A stretch of 64,000 nt of DNA. Origin: a virus (lineage: Duplodnaviria; Caudoviricetes). A model generated the notes under the pieces. It did not search any database. It saw only the letters and a program-made list of their open reading frames with translations, and was not told the DNA's origin. Positions 28,011-36,941 of the stretch are shown here, one piece after another. The number at the start of each line of letters is the position of its first letter. Within the stretch, counting starts at the first letter, position 1. The translations under genes were made by a program, and so were the position numbers. The stretch is from the IMG/VR virus record IMGVR_UViG_3300000203_000003, positions 1-64,000 of that record; one strand, written 5' to 3'.

Positions 28011-28238
28011 ATGACCCTACCGGATGAAAGATTTCGGGCCTTGAAAGCGGCCAAGAAACTATTGGAAGAACTGTGCGACCCGGGCAAAACACCCCGAGTA
28101 CCGAGCATAGTGCGAGACAGAGCCCGCGGCGCCCTTCGACATTATCCAAGCGACTATGAGTTTGAAAAAATGTCTGACCGGTGTCCTGATCTGCTGAATA
28201 AAGTGCCGTGGACTTCACGGCTGCATACAACTAACTGA
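28011..28238 (+). CDS. Small protein (BPSL0761-like)
   Basis: MTLPDER.RA..P..VR.RA...LRHYP. Confidence 0.5.
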   Translation: MTLPDERFRALKAAKKLLEELCDPGKTPRVPSIVRDRARGALRHYPSDYEFEKMSDRCPDLLNKVPWTSRLHTTN

Positions 28239-28246
28239 AAGAAAAC

Positions 28247-29314
28247 ATGGCAAAGGCTTTTGATTTAAGCAAATTCCGTCGAGGAATTACAAAGAGTATT
28301 GAAGGGCTTAGTATAGGCTTCAATGATCCGACAGACTGGATCAGTACTGGTAACTACGCACTGAACTATTTAATATCAGGTGCATTTGATAGAGGAATAC
28401 CCTTGGGTAAAGTTACAGTGTTTGCAGGAGAATCTGGTGCCGGCAAGAGTTTTATCTGTTCGGGTACCCTTATTAAGAATGCCCAAGATCAGGGTATTTT
28501 TGTGGTATTGATTGATACTGAGAACGCATTGGATGAATCCTGGCTAAAGGCTCTAGGAGTAGATACTTCTGCTGAAAAACTATTAAAATTGAACATGGCG
28601 ATGATAGACGATGTGGCCAAAGTGCTAAGTGACTTCGTAAAAGAGTATCGAACCCTCAGTGAGGAAGATCGGCCCAAAGTTTTATTCGTAATTGATTCAC
28701 TTGGTATGTTGCTGACTCCGACTGATGTGAATCAATTTGAAGCCGGCGAGATGAAGGGCGACATGGGACGCAAGCCTAAGGCTTTAACCGCTCTTGTTCG
28801 CAATTGTGTGAACATGTTCGGGTCCCTAAATATAGGGTTGGTTGCAACCAACCACACTTATGCAAGCCAGGATCCTTATAACCCTGATGACAAAATTAGT
28901 GGCGGCGCCGGATTTGTATACGCCAGTTCAATAGTTGTGGCCATGAAGAAACTCAAGTTGAAGGAAGATGAAGATGGTAATAAGGTCTCAGAAGTTTTAG
29001 GAATACGTGCCGGGTGCAAGATTATGAAAACGAGATATGCCAAACCTTTTGAGGATATTCAATTACATATACCGTATGCTACTGGACTTAGCCCATATAG
29101 CGGCTTTTTTGAGATGCTAGAAAAGAAGAAGATGATCACTAAAGAGGGTAATAGATATGCATATACTGATTTAGATGGGGTGGTGCATAAATACTTTCGT
29201 AAAGAATGGAACAGAAACGAAAACGGTATATTTGATTTGGTTATGAAAGAATTCGAAGCCAAAGATAAAAATACAATCTCACCTACTGAAACTGATGAAA
29301 ACAATATTGCCTAA
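28247..29314 (+). CDS. uvsX: RecA-like recombinase UvsX
   Basis: ISTG..LNYLISG, AGESGAGKS, DTENA, VIDSLG, TNHTY. Confidence 0.93.
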   Translation: MAKAFDLSKFRRGITKSIEGLSIGFNDPTDWISTGNYALNYLISGAFDRGIPLGKVTVFAGESGAGKSFICSGTLIKNAQDQGIFVVLIDTENALDESWLKALGVDTSAEKLLKLNMAMIDDVAKVLSDFVKEYRTLSEEDRPKVLFVIDSLGMLLTPTDVNQFEAGEMKGDMGRKPKALTALVRNCVNMFGSLNIGLVATNHTYASQDPYNPDDKISGGAGFVYASSIVVAMKKLKLKEDEDGNKVSEVLGIRAGCKIMKTRYAKPFEDIQLHIPYATGLSPYSGFFEMLEKKKMITKEGNRYAYTDLDGVVHKYFRKEWNRNENGIFDLVMKEFEAKDKNTISPTETDENNIA

Positions 29315-29966
29315 TGGTGCCTACGGATTCATTTACAAAACAACTCTTCCGGATGGCAGATATTATATAGGTCAACACAAAATCATAAGTCAGGTCACTT
29401 TAGATCCTACTTATTTTGGTTCAGGTGTAATAATTAAGGACTATATAAAATCTAAAGGAATTATTGGTCTTAACCGAGAAATATTAGAATACGGTTTTTC
29501 TTGGTGCGAAATGAACACACTTGAACGAGAATATGTTACTGAGGGCGTATTAGGTGATCCATTGAATATAAACCTGGATAAAGGTGGGCGAAATAATTAC
29601 ACCCGTTCAGAATCAGTCAATAACAGGATCAGCGTATCAATGACTAGTGCCCGGGCGAGGAATCCGGCAGCATGGCCGAAGATCGTCAGTAAAGAAAATA
29701 ATAAATCAGTCAACTGGCGATTAATTTCACCTGCAGGCGAAGTATTTGTTTTTTGCGGTGACCTGAATACTTTTTGCACCAAACATAATATTTCCGCAAA
29801 TACTATTAAAAAGGCAGTGATTGAAGGATGGATCCCTAAACGAGGATCATGTGCTGGATGGCGAGCCTTCAATGAGGATTCTGGAGCAGGCACCGTAAGA
29901 GAGACTAAAAACCATGGTGAGGCGCACTCTGGAAGGAATAACCCGTGGTTTAAAAATAGGAAGTAA
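29295..29966 (+). CDS. Seg-like GIY-YIG homing endonuclease
   Basis: GFIYKTT..G.YYIGQH..YFGSG..REILE. Confidence 0.85.
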   Translation: MKTILPNGAYGFIYKTTLPDGRYYIGQHKIISQVTLDPTYFGSGVIIKDYIKSKGIIGLNREILEYGFSWCEMNTLEREYVTEGVLGDPLNINLDKGGRNNYTRSESVNNRISVSMTSARARNPAAWPKIVSKENNKSVNWRLISPAGEVFVFCGDLNTFCTKHNISANTIKKAVIEGWIPKRGSCAGWRAFNEDSGAGTVRETKNHGEAHSGRNNPWFKNRK

Positions 29967-29970
29967 CAGA

Positions 29971-30216
29971 ATGAGTATAGATTTTGTTGTTGAAGTATGG
30001 GACGCTCTACGCTCCCATGTTGATTCAAATGAACGCAAAGATGCAGCCGATACACTGATCAATCTGCTGATTGAAAACGATTACGAAGCGGCTGATATTA
30101 AAGAGGCGTTTCGTGGCGACAAGGATGTTCTGGGTGCGTTAAAGTTCTATGTGGAACAGCACGAAGAAGATGACTACGAAGAAGATGAAGACGAAGACCA
30201 AGAAGAATGGGACTAA
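29971..30216 (+). CDS. Acidic hypothetical protein
   Basis: Between uvsX and uvsY; D/E-rich tail. Confidence 0.75.
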   Translation: MSIDFVVEVWDALRSHVDSNERKDAADTLINLLIENDYEAADIKEAFRGDKDVLGALKFYVEQHEEDDYEEDEDEDQEEWD

Positions 30217-30678
30217 ATGGCAAACTGGTATTCTCGCGTCAGCGCAGACTTATCTGCTATTCCCGATTTCATCAGTCACTTTGAAGCAGAGTTATATGCG
30301 GCAAAGGCGGATTGTGGTATCAAGGGAAATGTAGAAAAGAATGTTGCTGCACTACCCGGCATAACTGAGCATCGCTTTAATCAACTCCAAGAAGTGGAAG
30401 CGGTGCTCAATTATCTTAATTTACAACTACGCAAGATTCGGCGCAAGCATTTCCAAAAGTATCTTGAGGCATACAACAGGGCACTGTCCAGTCGTGATGC
30501 TGAAAAGTACATGGAAGGTGAGGATGAGGTGATTGACTTTGAGACAATCATCAACTCCGTTGCTTTTCTGCGTAATCAATATTTAGGGCTGATTAAAGGA
30601 CTTGAATCAAAGAACTTCATGCTTGGTCACGTGGTCAGACTACGGGCGGCGGGTATGGAAGATATCACTCTCAGCTAA
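30217..30678 (+). CDS. uvsY: Recombination mediator UvsY-like
   Basis: Helical 153-aa protein, YLE.YNRAL.SRDAEKY..GE, KGL..K; next to uvsX. Confidence 0.7.
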   Translation: MANWYSRVSADLSAIPDFISHFEAELYAAKADCGIKGNVEKNVAALPGITEHRFNQLQEVEAVLNYLNLQLRKIRRKHFQKYLEAYNRALSSRDAEKYMEGEDEVIDFETIINSVAFLRNQYLGLIKGLESKNFMLGHVVRLRAAGMEDITLS

Positions 30679-30686
30679 ATAATACG

Positions 30687-31418
30687 ATGAAAAAAATATT
30701 ATTAGCAGGTGACAGTTGGGGTTACGCAGCCGGGTATGACCAACCCGGCTTTATCCTTACTGCTGATGCTTTCCCGGAGTATGACTTCACCAATGTATCT
30801 GAGCGCGGCGGGCTAAACTCCAAAAGTATTCAGTTTATTAAAGATGGTCTGAACAACATAGACTACGACACTATATTTTGGATTCAAACTGATCCAATGA
30901 GGGATTTACGTCTGGAATTTTTAGAGTGGGATGAAGGACATGGCGCCGGCAAGTGTATTTCTTTATCAGAGTATGGTGTTGAAATATGTTCAACTGTTAA
31001 TTTGGTCAAGTTCATCGAAAACTTAATAACTGATTCTTATTCGCGCCTGAATACAATTGCCGGCGATGCTAATAAGAAAATACATTGTCTAGGTGGTTGC
31101 AGTATGCTCCACCCATCTATTTCCCTATTCCCCAATTTGATACCTATTATTCCTAGCATAGTTCAGTTCTTAGTTCCTACCTTTACTGAGGATACTTTCA
31201 TATATGATACGAACTGGCTGCACCTGATGATTCTATATGCGGATTCACATGCCGTAAATAAGACCTTTTCAGATAATTTACGAGCCGTAGTTGATTTGTC
31301 TCATCCGAAAGAAAGTAAGATTTTCGGATATGTTCCGCATTTCAGTCTCGTCGATAGTCATCATCCAGATCCTGAGGGGTTATTGCTTTGGGCAGCAGAG
31401 TGTAAGAAGTATATTTAG
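30687..31418 (+). CDS. SGNH/GDSL hydrolase-like protein
   Basis: LAGDSW, G..N, D.HHP..G. Confidence 0.6.
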   Translation: MKKILLAGDSWGYAAGYDQPGFILTADAFPEYDFTNVSERGGLNSKSIQFIKDGLNNIDYDTIFWIQTDPMRDLRLEFLEWDEGHGAGKCISLSEYGVEICSTVNLVKFIENLITDSYSRLNTIAGDANKKIHCLGGCSMLHPSISLFPNLIPIIPSIVQFLVPTFTEDTFIYDTNWLHLMILYADSHAVNKTFSDNLRAVVDLSHPKESKIFGYVPHFSLVDSHHPDPEGLLLWAAECKKYI

Positions 31419-31483
31419 GACGCCGCGGTGTTGCAAAACAACGGTTTTCCTGTTATAATAAACTTTTAGTCACAAGGATAATT

Positions 31484-32290
31484 ATGTCGCAAACATCAGT
31501 ATCAAGCACTCTGAGCCAACTTCGGGCAGCGAAACAGGTCTCTTACGACCCTTATAAGGGCATGTTAAGGTCACAGGGTAACACGAATATGACATTACAT
31601 GAGGATTTTAGTGGATTCGGAGATGTAAAAATCAATCCATATGTGAAACAATACAAGGTCAATGAATCCGCGGAAGATTTGCTGGCACTCAGTGTTGCTT
31701 GGTTTCGTCTTCGTAAAAACAAAACGCTGACGCCGTACCCGATGATTGAATCGCTGACAGATGAAAATCTGTTTAAGAGTCTCACAGAAGAAGATCGCCT
31801 GACGGCGAATACAATCCGGGATTACTACTCAAAGAAGATCATGGTGATGGCTCTTAAAGAAATCAAGTTGACCAAGTTCCGCGAAGATTTGAGCAAGTTC
31901 ATTCACAGTGATGGTAAGTTATTTGTTGATGACATGCTACCCCTGGTGTTTCGTCTTCCGGAGTTCTACGAATATGATACGGCGCTTGCTGATATGATGC
32001 GTGATCTTACTCCGGTGGTAGTGGATAGAACCCGGATATTAACAAATGTCCGTACTCTACGTCCGTTGCGAAAGTTTGATGTGAAGCGCAAGTTACACTA
32101 TAAGCATGAATACTGGTTCAAGGATGAACAGGATCGTGCAGTCTTGATCATGCTGGAGCATATCAACTCATGTAAATCTTTGTTTGAGCGAGAGTTCAAA
32201 AAGGAATCAACTGTGATGCGAATCACCGGCTTCGCAACATCACAAGATGACCATTCTTACTTCAAAGTAAATAAATGGGAAGTTGAATAA
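31484..32290 (+). CDS. Hypothetical protein
   Basis: TTGCAA-17-TATAAT upstream, AAGGA SD. Confidence 0.75.
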   Translation: MSQTSVSSTLSQLRAAKQVSYDPYKGMLRSQGNTNMTLHEDFSGFGDVKINPYVKQYKVNESAEDLLALSVAWFRLRKNKTLTPYPMIESLTDENLFKSLTEEDRLTANTIRDYYSKKIMVMALKEIKLTKFREDLSKFIHSDGKLFVDDMLPLVFRLPEFYEYDTALADMMRDLTPVVVDRTRILTNVRTLRPLRKFDVKRKLHYKHEYWFKDEQDRAVLIMLEHINSCKSLFEREFKKESTVMRITGFATSQDDHSYFKVNKWEVE

Positions 32291-32782
32291 ATGAGTGGTT
32301 ATGTATATTTAATCGGCTCACCGTTATTCGGTTGGTATAAGATTGGAAAATCTAAAACACCCGAGATTCGTGTAAACCACCTTGGTATTTTATTACCATT
32401 CAAGATTCATATCATTGGAGTATGGAGTGCTAAAAATCATAGTCTCCTAGAAACAACATTACATGAAAAATATAGGGATCAGGCGATTAATGGTGAATGG
32501 TTTGAATTCACGAAAAGGGGAGTGTACGATGTTTTCAATTCACTCCCAGTTGAGGCCAGAGTATATCCGATAGAAAATACAGTGCATCCGTTGGATAGAT
32601 TTTCAAATATAGTGGAAGATACAAAAGATACATCTAAAGGAATACGAAAAATTTTAGGATTAAAAGTCCAAAAACTACGAGGGAATTTCACTTCTGCTGA
32701 ACGAGAAGAAAAGCGTTTTGCTTCGATGGCAGAGCGAAAGGCAAAGAAGGAACATAAAAATAGTCTGCATAATCCAGACTAA
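32291..32782 (+). CDS. GIY-YIG (T5orf172/Mug113-like) nuclease
   Basis: GYVYLI..YKIGKS..R..LE..LH..GEWF. Confidence 0.75.
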   Translation: MSGYVYLIGSPLFGWYKIGKSKTPEIRVNHLGILLPFKIHIIGVWSAKNHSLLETTLHEKYRDQAINGEWFEFTKRGVYDVFNSLPVEARVYPIENTVHPLDRFSNIVEDTKDTSKGIRKILGLKVQKLRGNFTSAEREEKRFASMAERKAKKEHKNSLHNPD

Positions 32783-32867
32783 ATAGAATTGTGCTGATAG
32801 GCAGCACAACTTAACAGAGTTTAATGTGGGCCCTTACTCTGTGGGCCGTTACAATAAGGAAGTAAAA

Positions 32868-33758
32868 ATGATGTATAATCAAAAATTAGTCGCCTCTTTA
32901 AAGGCAAACGGGCGCATCCTCAGAGAAATCAAAGACAATGTTCTTCTCCCTTTCGGATGTGAATACTCTCTGCTACTGAAAAATCTCAATACAGTTCGTG
33001 CTGTGGTCAATGTGTTCATTGACGGTGAAGATCAATGCCCCGGTGGCCTTGTTCTTAACGCCGGCCAAGAAATTGATCTGGAACGCTCAATCAAAAACAA
33101 CAATCTGAACGAGGGCAACCGATTCAAGTTCATTGAACGAACCGGAGCAGTAGAAGCCGGCCCCCGTGGTATCAAGTTGGAAGACGGTATCATCCGAATT
33201 GAATTTCAATTTGAAAAGTATGTCGCTCCCTCTCAAACACTATGGGGTTCAACGTGGAACGATCAATGGAAGAACAGCAACCTTTGTTACCCAGCTGGTG
33301 CCCGAAACATAGGCAGCACATCAGGCTCTCTAGGGAACTTCACTAATGTCGGCGGTGTGATGCGTTCGATTGATACCAGTAAAGGTGAGTTCGTTAAGAC
33401 ACAGGCATCGCAAAACATAAACCAATATTGTGCTGACAACAACATCCAATGTAGCGCCCAGAGTATTCACGATGGCTTGGCGACAATGGATTCGTATAGT
33501 CCGCCGAAGAACGACATTGGCATCACTGTACCAGGTAGCAAGAGTGAACAAAAGTTTTACACAGCAACGATGGGCGCGCTTGATCCAGAGAAACATTCTA
33601 TCGTGTTGAAACTACTCGGTGAAATGGCAGGCGGCGAGAAGATTCTGTCTCCACTGACTGTACATTACAAACCGAAGTGTCAGACATGCGGCAAACAGAA
33701 TAAAGCAACGGCGCATTTCTGTTCGGAATGCGGCACTGCGTTAGAAATTTTTGCGTAA
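32868..33758 (+). CDS. Hypothetical protein with C-terminal zinc ribbon
   Basis: C..CG..N...A.FC..CG. Confidence 0.75.
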   Translation: MMYNQKLVASLKANGRILREIKDNVLLPFGCEYSLLLKNLNTVRAVVNVFIDGEDQCPGGLVLNAGQEIDLERSIKNNNLNEGNRFKFIERTGAVEAGPRGIKLEDGIIRIEFQFEKYVAPSQTLWGSTWNDQWKNSNLCYPAGARNIGSTSGSLGNFTNVGGVMRSIDTSKGEFVKTQASQNINQYCADNNIQCSAQSIHDGLATMDSYSPPKNDIGITVPGSKSEQKFYTATMGALDPEKHSIVLKLLGEMAGGEKILSPLTVHYKPKCQTCGKQNKATAHFCSECGTALEIFA

Positions 33759-33762
33759 AATC

Positions 33763-33784
33763 AGCCCCGGAAACGGGGCTTTCC
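33763..33784 (+). terminator. Intrinsic terminator
   Basis: AGCCCCG-GAAA-CGGGGCTTT. Confidence 0.75.
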
Positions 33785-33789
33785 TACGG

Positions 33790-33844
33790 TTGACATTTAA
33801 TCATTTTGGGTATATAATACTAACATCAACTCGCAAAACGGAAC
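33790..33844 (+). promoter_or_regulatory. Early promoter plus leader cassette
   Basis: TTGACA-17-TATAAT; 20-nt leader identical to 10051..10070. Confidence 0.8.
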
Positions 33845-33848
33845 TAAA

Positions 33849-34085
33849 ATGAAACAATTTAATCAATCCCAGAAGATTCGGGTCATCGTCAGCGGTGTCG
33901 GCTTCTATACGACTGTTAAAGAAATTCGGAACAGTTTGTTCTGCTTCACCGCGCAAAATGCAGCGGTGCAAAAGGCAGTCTGTGCGCTTGAGTTCATTCG
34001 CTCAGGCAAAGGCGCTGCTGACAAATGCGCGTCTGGTCTCGGCGGAACCTGGGAAGGTCTGCAAGTTCAAATTGATTTGATCTAG
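33849..34085 (+). CDS. Hypothetical early protein
   Basis: Follows promoter. Confidence 0.65.
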   Translation: MKQFNQSQKIRVIVSGVGFYTTVKEIRNSLFCFTAQNAAVQKAVCALEFIRSGKGAADKCASGLGGTWEGLQVQIDLI

Positions 34086-34093
34086 GAAACAAA

Positions 34094-34339
34094 ATGCTTA
34101 CAAACGATCTGAAAAAAGGTGCCCGCGTTAAACTACGCAACGGCTGGATGGCTACTGTCATGGACAACGCCCGAGGCAACACCCGCATGTGTGAGGTCGA
34201 AGGACTCTACACCGAGACAGGTTCTGTATATGCTCACGACATTGTGACATGCTACCTCTTCGACGGATCATGTGTTCCTGTGGAGCACACTGAAAAGCAA
34301 ATGAAACTCCGTGAACAAGCCGCAGTTTTTGGATTCTGA
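34094..34339 (+). CDS. Hypothetical early protein
   Basis: AGGA SD. Confidence 0.7.
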   Translation: MLTNDLKKGARVKLRNGWMATVMDNARGNTRMCEVEGLYTETGSVYAHDIVTCYLFDGSCVPVEHTEKQMKLREQAAVFGF

Positions 34340-34563
34340 TGGAAGACTTCCTGAAACGACCACTGATGATTGGGGACAGCGTTGTCCTCATGCACCCCTT
34401 TTACAAATGTTTGCTTTTGGCCCGAGTGACCAAGTTTACCGCAAAGGGAAATGATTGCTACGTTAGTTGGGGACCAAGTCCATACCAAGAAAAACGTCAA
34501 CGTGGCGAACAACTCGTAAAGGTTGATGGCCCCGATTTAACAGCGTACCTACTGAAAAAATGA
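34339..34563 (+). CDS. Hypothetical early protein
   Basis: TGATG overlap. Confidence 0.65.
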   Translation: MEDFLKRPLMIGDSVVLMHPFYKCLLLARVTKFTAKGNDCYVSWGPSPYQEKRQRGEQLVKVDGPDLTAYLLKK

Positions 34564-34799
34564 TGACTCACCAAGAAAAAGTTGACGCCAACGTTCTGGC
34601 ACTGCAAGCAAAGATGCAGCAGAAAAACGCTGATCGCCCAAGCGCGAACTGGCAGACAATCGCCGACGTTGACTGGGAAGACCTGGAATACTACATCGGA
34701 AAATGTCGCCTGACGCGAGACAAGGATTCCTTTGGCATGGCGATCACCATCCTGACCGCTCTGAAAGATCAGGTTCTGAACCGAAAACCCAATGGTTGA
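34560..34799 (+). CDS. Hypothetical early protein
   Basis: ATGA overlap. Confidence 0.65.
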   Translation: MMTHQEKVDANVLALQAKMQQKNADRPSANWQTIADVDWEDLEYYIGKCRLTRDKDSFGMAITILTALKDQVLNRKPNG

Positions 34800-34846
34800 C
34801 ATTAAATGGGTTTTCTGATATAATTGATACTTCAATCGAAACAAGG
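34796..34846 (+). repeat. 51-bp direct repeat copy 1 (early promoter plus leader)
   Basis: TTGACATTAAATGGGTTTTCTGATATAATTGATACTTCAATCGAAACAAGG. Confidence 0.9.
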
Positions 34847-34852
34847 TCTCAA

Positions 34853-35065
34853 ATGCTTACAACTCTTGCACAATTCATCCGGGAAGTAAACACTATCGTC
34901 GGCCCCACAGGAAAGTTTACTGCTAATACCAATGACAAGATCATTGATGTGTTTGAGTATGACTGTACCGACGACCTCATGGACGATATCTACGGATACA
35001 GTGACCTAGTAACGCCCGAACCTTTCCGCAGCGCAATGTTCAATCTGGGCTTCAAAGAGTTCTGA
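34853..35065 (+). CDS. Hypothetical early protein between the direct repeats
   Basis: AAGG SD within the repeat, then ATG34853. Confidence 0.65.
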   Translation: MLTTLAQFIREVNTIVGPTGKFTANTNDKIIDVFEYDCTDDLMDDIYGYSDLVTPEPFRSAMFNLGFKEF

Positions 35066-35081
35066 TACTCGGACCCGTTTA

Positions 35082-35132
35082 TTGACATTAAATGGGTTTT
35101 CTGATATAATTGATACTTCAATCGAAACAAGG
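35082..35132 (+). repeat. 51-bp direct repeat copy 2
   Basis: Identical to 34796..34846. Confidence 0.9.
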
Positions 35133-35141
35133 AATTAATAA

Positions 35142-36188
35142 ATGGCTACAGTTCGTATTCTCAATGGCTCATATCGCAATCAACCTGTGGTCAATCAAAC
35201 ATTCACCTTGGTGAAAGGTTTCCAAACAGGTAAGACGGGTAGCTGGGTCACTGTAAAGAACGAAGGACAGTTCCCGCAGTTCGCTATTGACGAGGTCAAG
35301 ATCAAGGTCGGTAGCATCCAGGAACTCACATTCAACGGCGTCACGGTTGCTGATCAAATTGAAGATCATATCGAACTGGCGCCGGCCAAGCAAGTACAAG
35401 TTGAAACTGACGAGGCAGCAATGGATCGCATTGCTACTCGTTTCTCTGTTTTGGACGACATGTCCAAAGCTGCAATCAACGGCGACATTCGTGCAATGAT
35501 CGTCAGCGGTCCTCCTGGCGTCGGCAAGTCTTTCGGAGTCGAAACGCAACTGAACAAGGCGATCATGTTTGATCAGATCGCAGGCAAGAAGGTTCGCTTC
35601 AACATCGTTAAGGGTGCGATGACCGCGCTTGGTCTTTACGCTCAACTTTACAAATACAGTGACAAGAAAAACGTTCTGGTGTTCGATGACTGTGATTCAG
35701 TTTTCGCTGATGATCTGTCCCTGAACATTCTGAAGGCTGCGCTCGACTCTGGCAAGAATCGCAAGATTTGCTGGAACTCTGATTCGCGTCTGTTGCGCGA
35801 AGAAGGCATCCCGAATCAATTCAACTTCGCAGGCTCTGCGATTTTCATCACCAATTTGAAGTTCTCCAGTGTCAAGTCCAAGAAGTTGCAGGATCACTTG
35901 GAGGCTCTCCAATCTCGTTGTCACTTTCTTGACCTGACCGTGGATTCGGTAAGGGATAAACTTCTGCGTATCAAACAGGTCAATCGGGATGCTGATGGTG
36001 GTCTGTTCGTTGATTATGACTTTGATAACGGTGAGGGTGATATGATTATTGAATACATGGAGCAAAATCAAACCTCGTTAAATGAGATTTCAATGCGTAT
36101 GTGTTTGAAGATCGCCGACCTTGTCAAGATCAGTCCTAGTAACTGGCGCAATCTGGCCAATGTCACTTGCTGTAAAAATAAGCATTGA
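35142..36188 (+). CDS. AAA+ ATPase
   Basis: GPPGVGKS, VLVFDDCD, IFITN, ALQSR. Confidence 0.85.
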   Translation: MATVRILNGSYRNQPVVNQTFTLVKGFQTGKTGSWVTVKNEGQFPQFAIDEVKIKVGSIQELTFNGVTVADQIEDHIELAPAKQVQVETDEAAMDRIATRFSVLDDMSKAAINGDIRAMIVSGPPGVGKSFGVETQLNKAIMFDQIAGKKVRFNIVKGAMTALGLYAQLYKYSDKKNVLVFDDCDSVFADDLSLNILKAALDSGKNRKICWNSDSRLLREEGIPNQFNFAGSAIFITNLKFSSVKSKKLQDHLEALQSRCHFLDLTVDSVRDKLLRIKQVNRDADGGLFVDYDFDNGEGDMIIEYMEQNQTSLNEISMRMCLKIADLVKISPSNWRNLANVTCCKNKH

Positions 36189-36830
36189 TTTACAATTAGT
36201 GAAGTGGAAACGCTTCATATTTCCTTGACCCCCTGTTTGCCCACATTGTGGGCAAACCAATATTTGCTGTGGTTTGTGCTTTTGTCCGCGATTTGAGTTT
36301 GCTATCTTGGCAACCATTTCCGGAGATTTAGATACACCTAGCATCCTCAAACTTTTCCTTTTATTGGCTTCTGCGGAGTGTTTTGATATTTTCTTACCTG
36401 TCCGTGTGAGGGAGCGTTTCACCATAGAAGCCGCCGACATTTTCCTGCCTAACTGGGCCTTCCGCATTTTCTCTTTGGTAGCGTCAGACAGGGATTTCCC
36501 GGATAGTGCCGTGCGGCGCATCTCACTAAATTCATGTTTCAATGTCTCATATACTCTAGGCGCCATTCGATGAGATCCTGTGTGACACATCAATTTAATA
36601 GCATAAATCATTTTTTCGCGTGCCGCACCTTCAAGCATTTTAGGTAATAACCAGTGGCAGATGAAGTGTTCTCTGGCAGTTAGTTTGACGAGATTATTTT
36701 GGGTGTTATCTCAGCCAATAGACTTGGGTACGATGTGATGCCGTTCTGTATAACAGGGCAATATTCGGTTTTTGGCTCGTTCTATTATTCGGTAATAAGT
36801 TGCGGTATATTTGTTGTTGATAAATATCAT
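36090..36830 (-). pseudogene. HNH homing endonuclease interrupted by in-frame TGA (codon 40)
   Basis: ATG36830 MIFINNKY..ERHHIVPKSIG*DN..NLVKLTAREHFICHWLL, in frame with ORF 36638; paralog of 46094..46894. Confidence 0.82.
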
Positions 36831-36896
36831 TGCTGGTGTCCTCTACGACATTAGAGAGGGCGGAGATTGCAGTCTCGTGGCTCTCACTTCTATTTA
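36821..36896 (+). ncRNA. HEG-leader module copy C
   Basis: CTGGTGTC/GACATTAG; GAGGGC-G-GAGA/TCTC-GTG-GCTCTC; TAAATA at both ends. Confidence 0.7.
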
Positions 36897-36941
36897 TTCC
36901 GTTTCTATTGCTTCTATGAATTCAGTAGTGTATAATAAGTA

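Noticed and set aside
36711-36713. Genome-wide TGA=Gly recoding (code 25)
   Set aside because: Many clear genes (nadE, terL, helicase, array genes) end at TGA with ATGA overlaps
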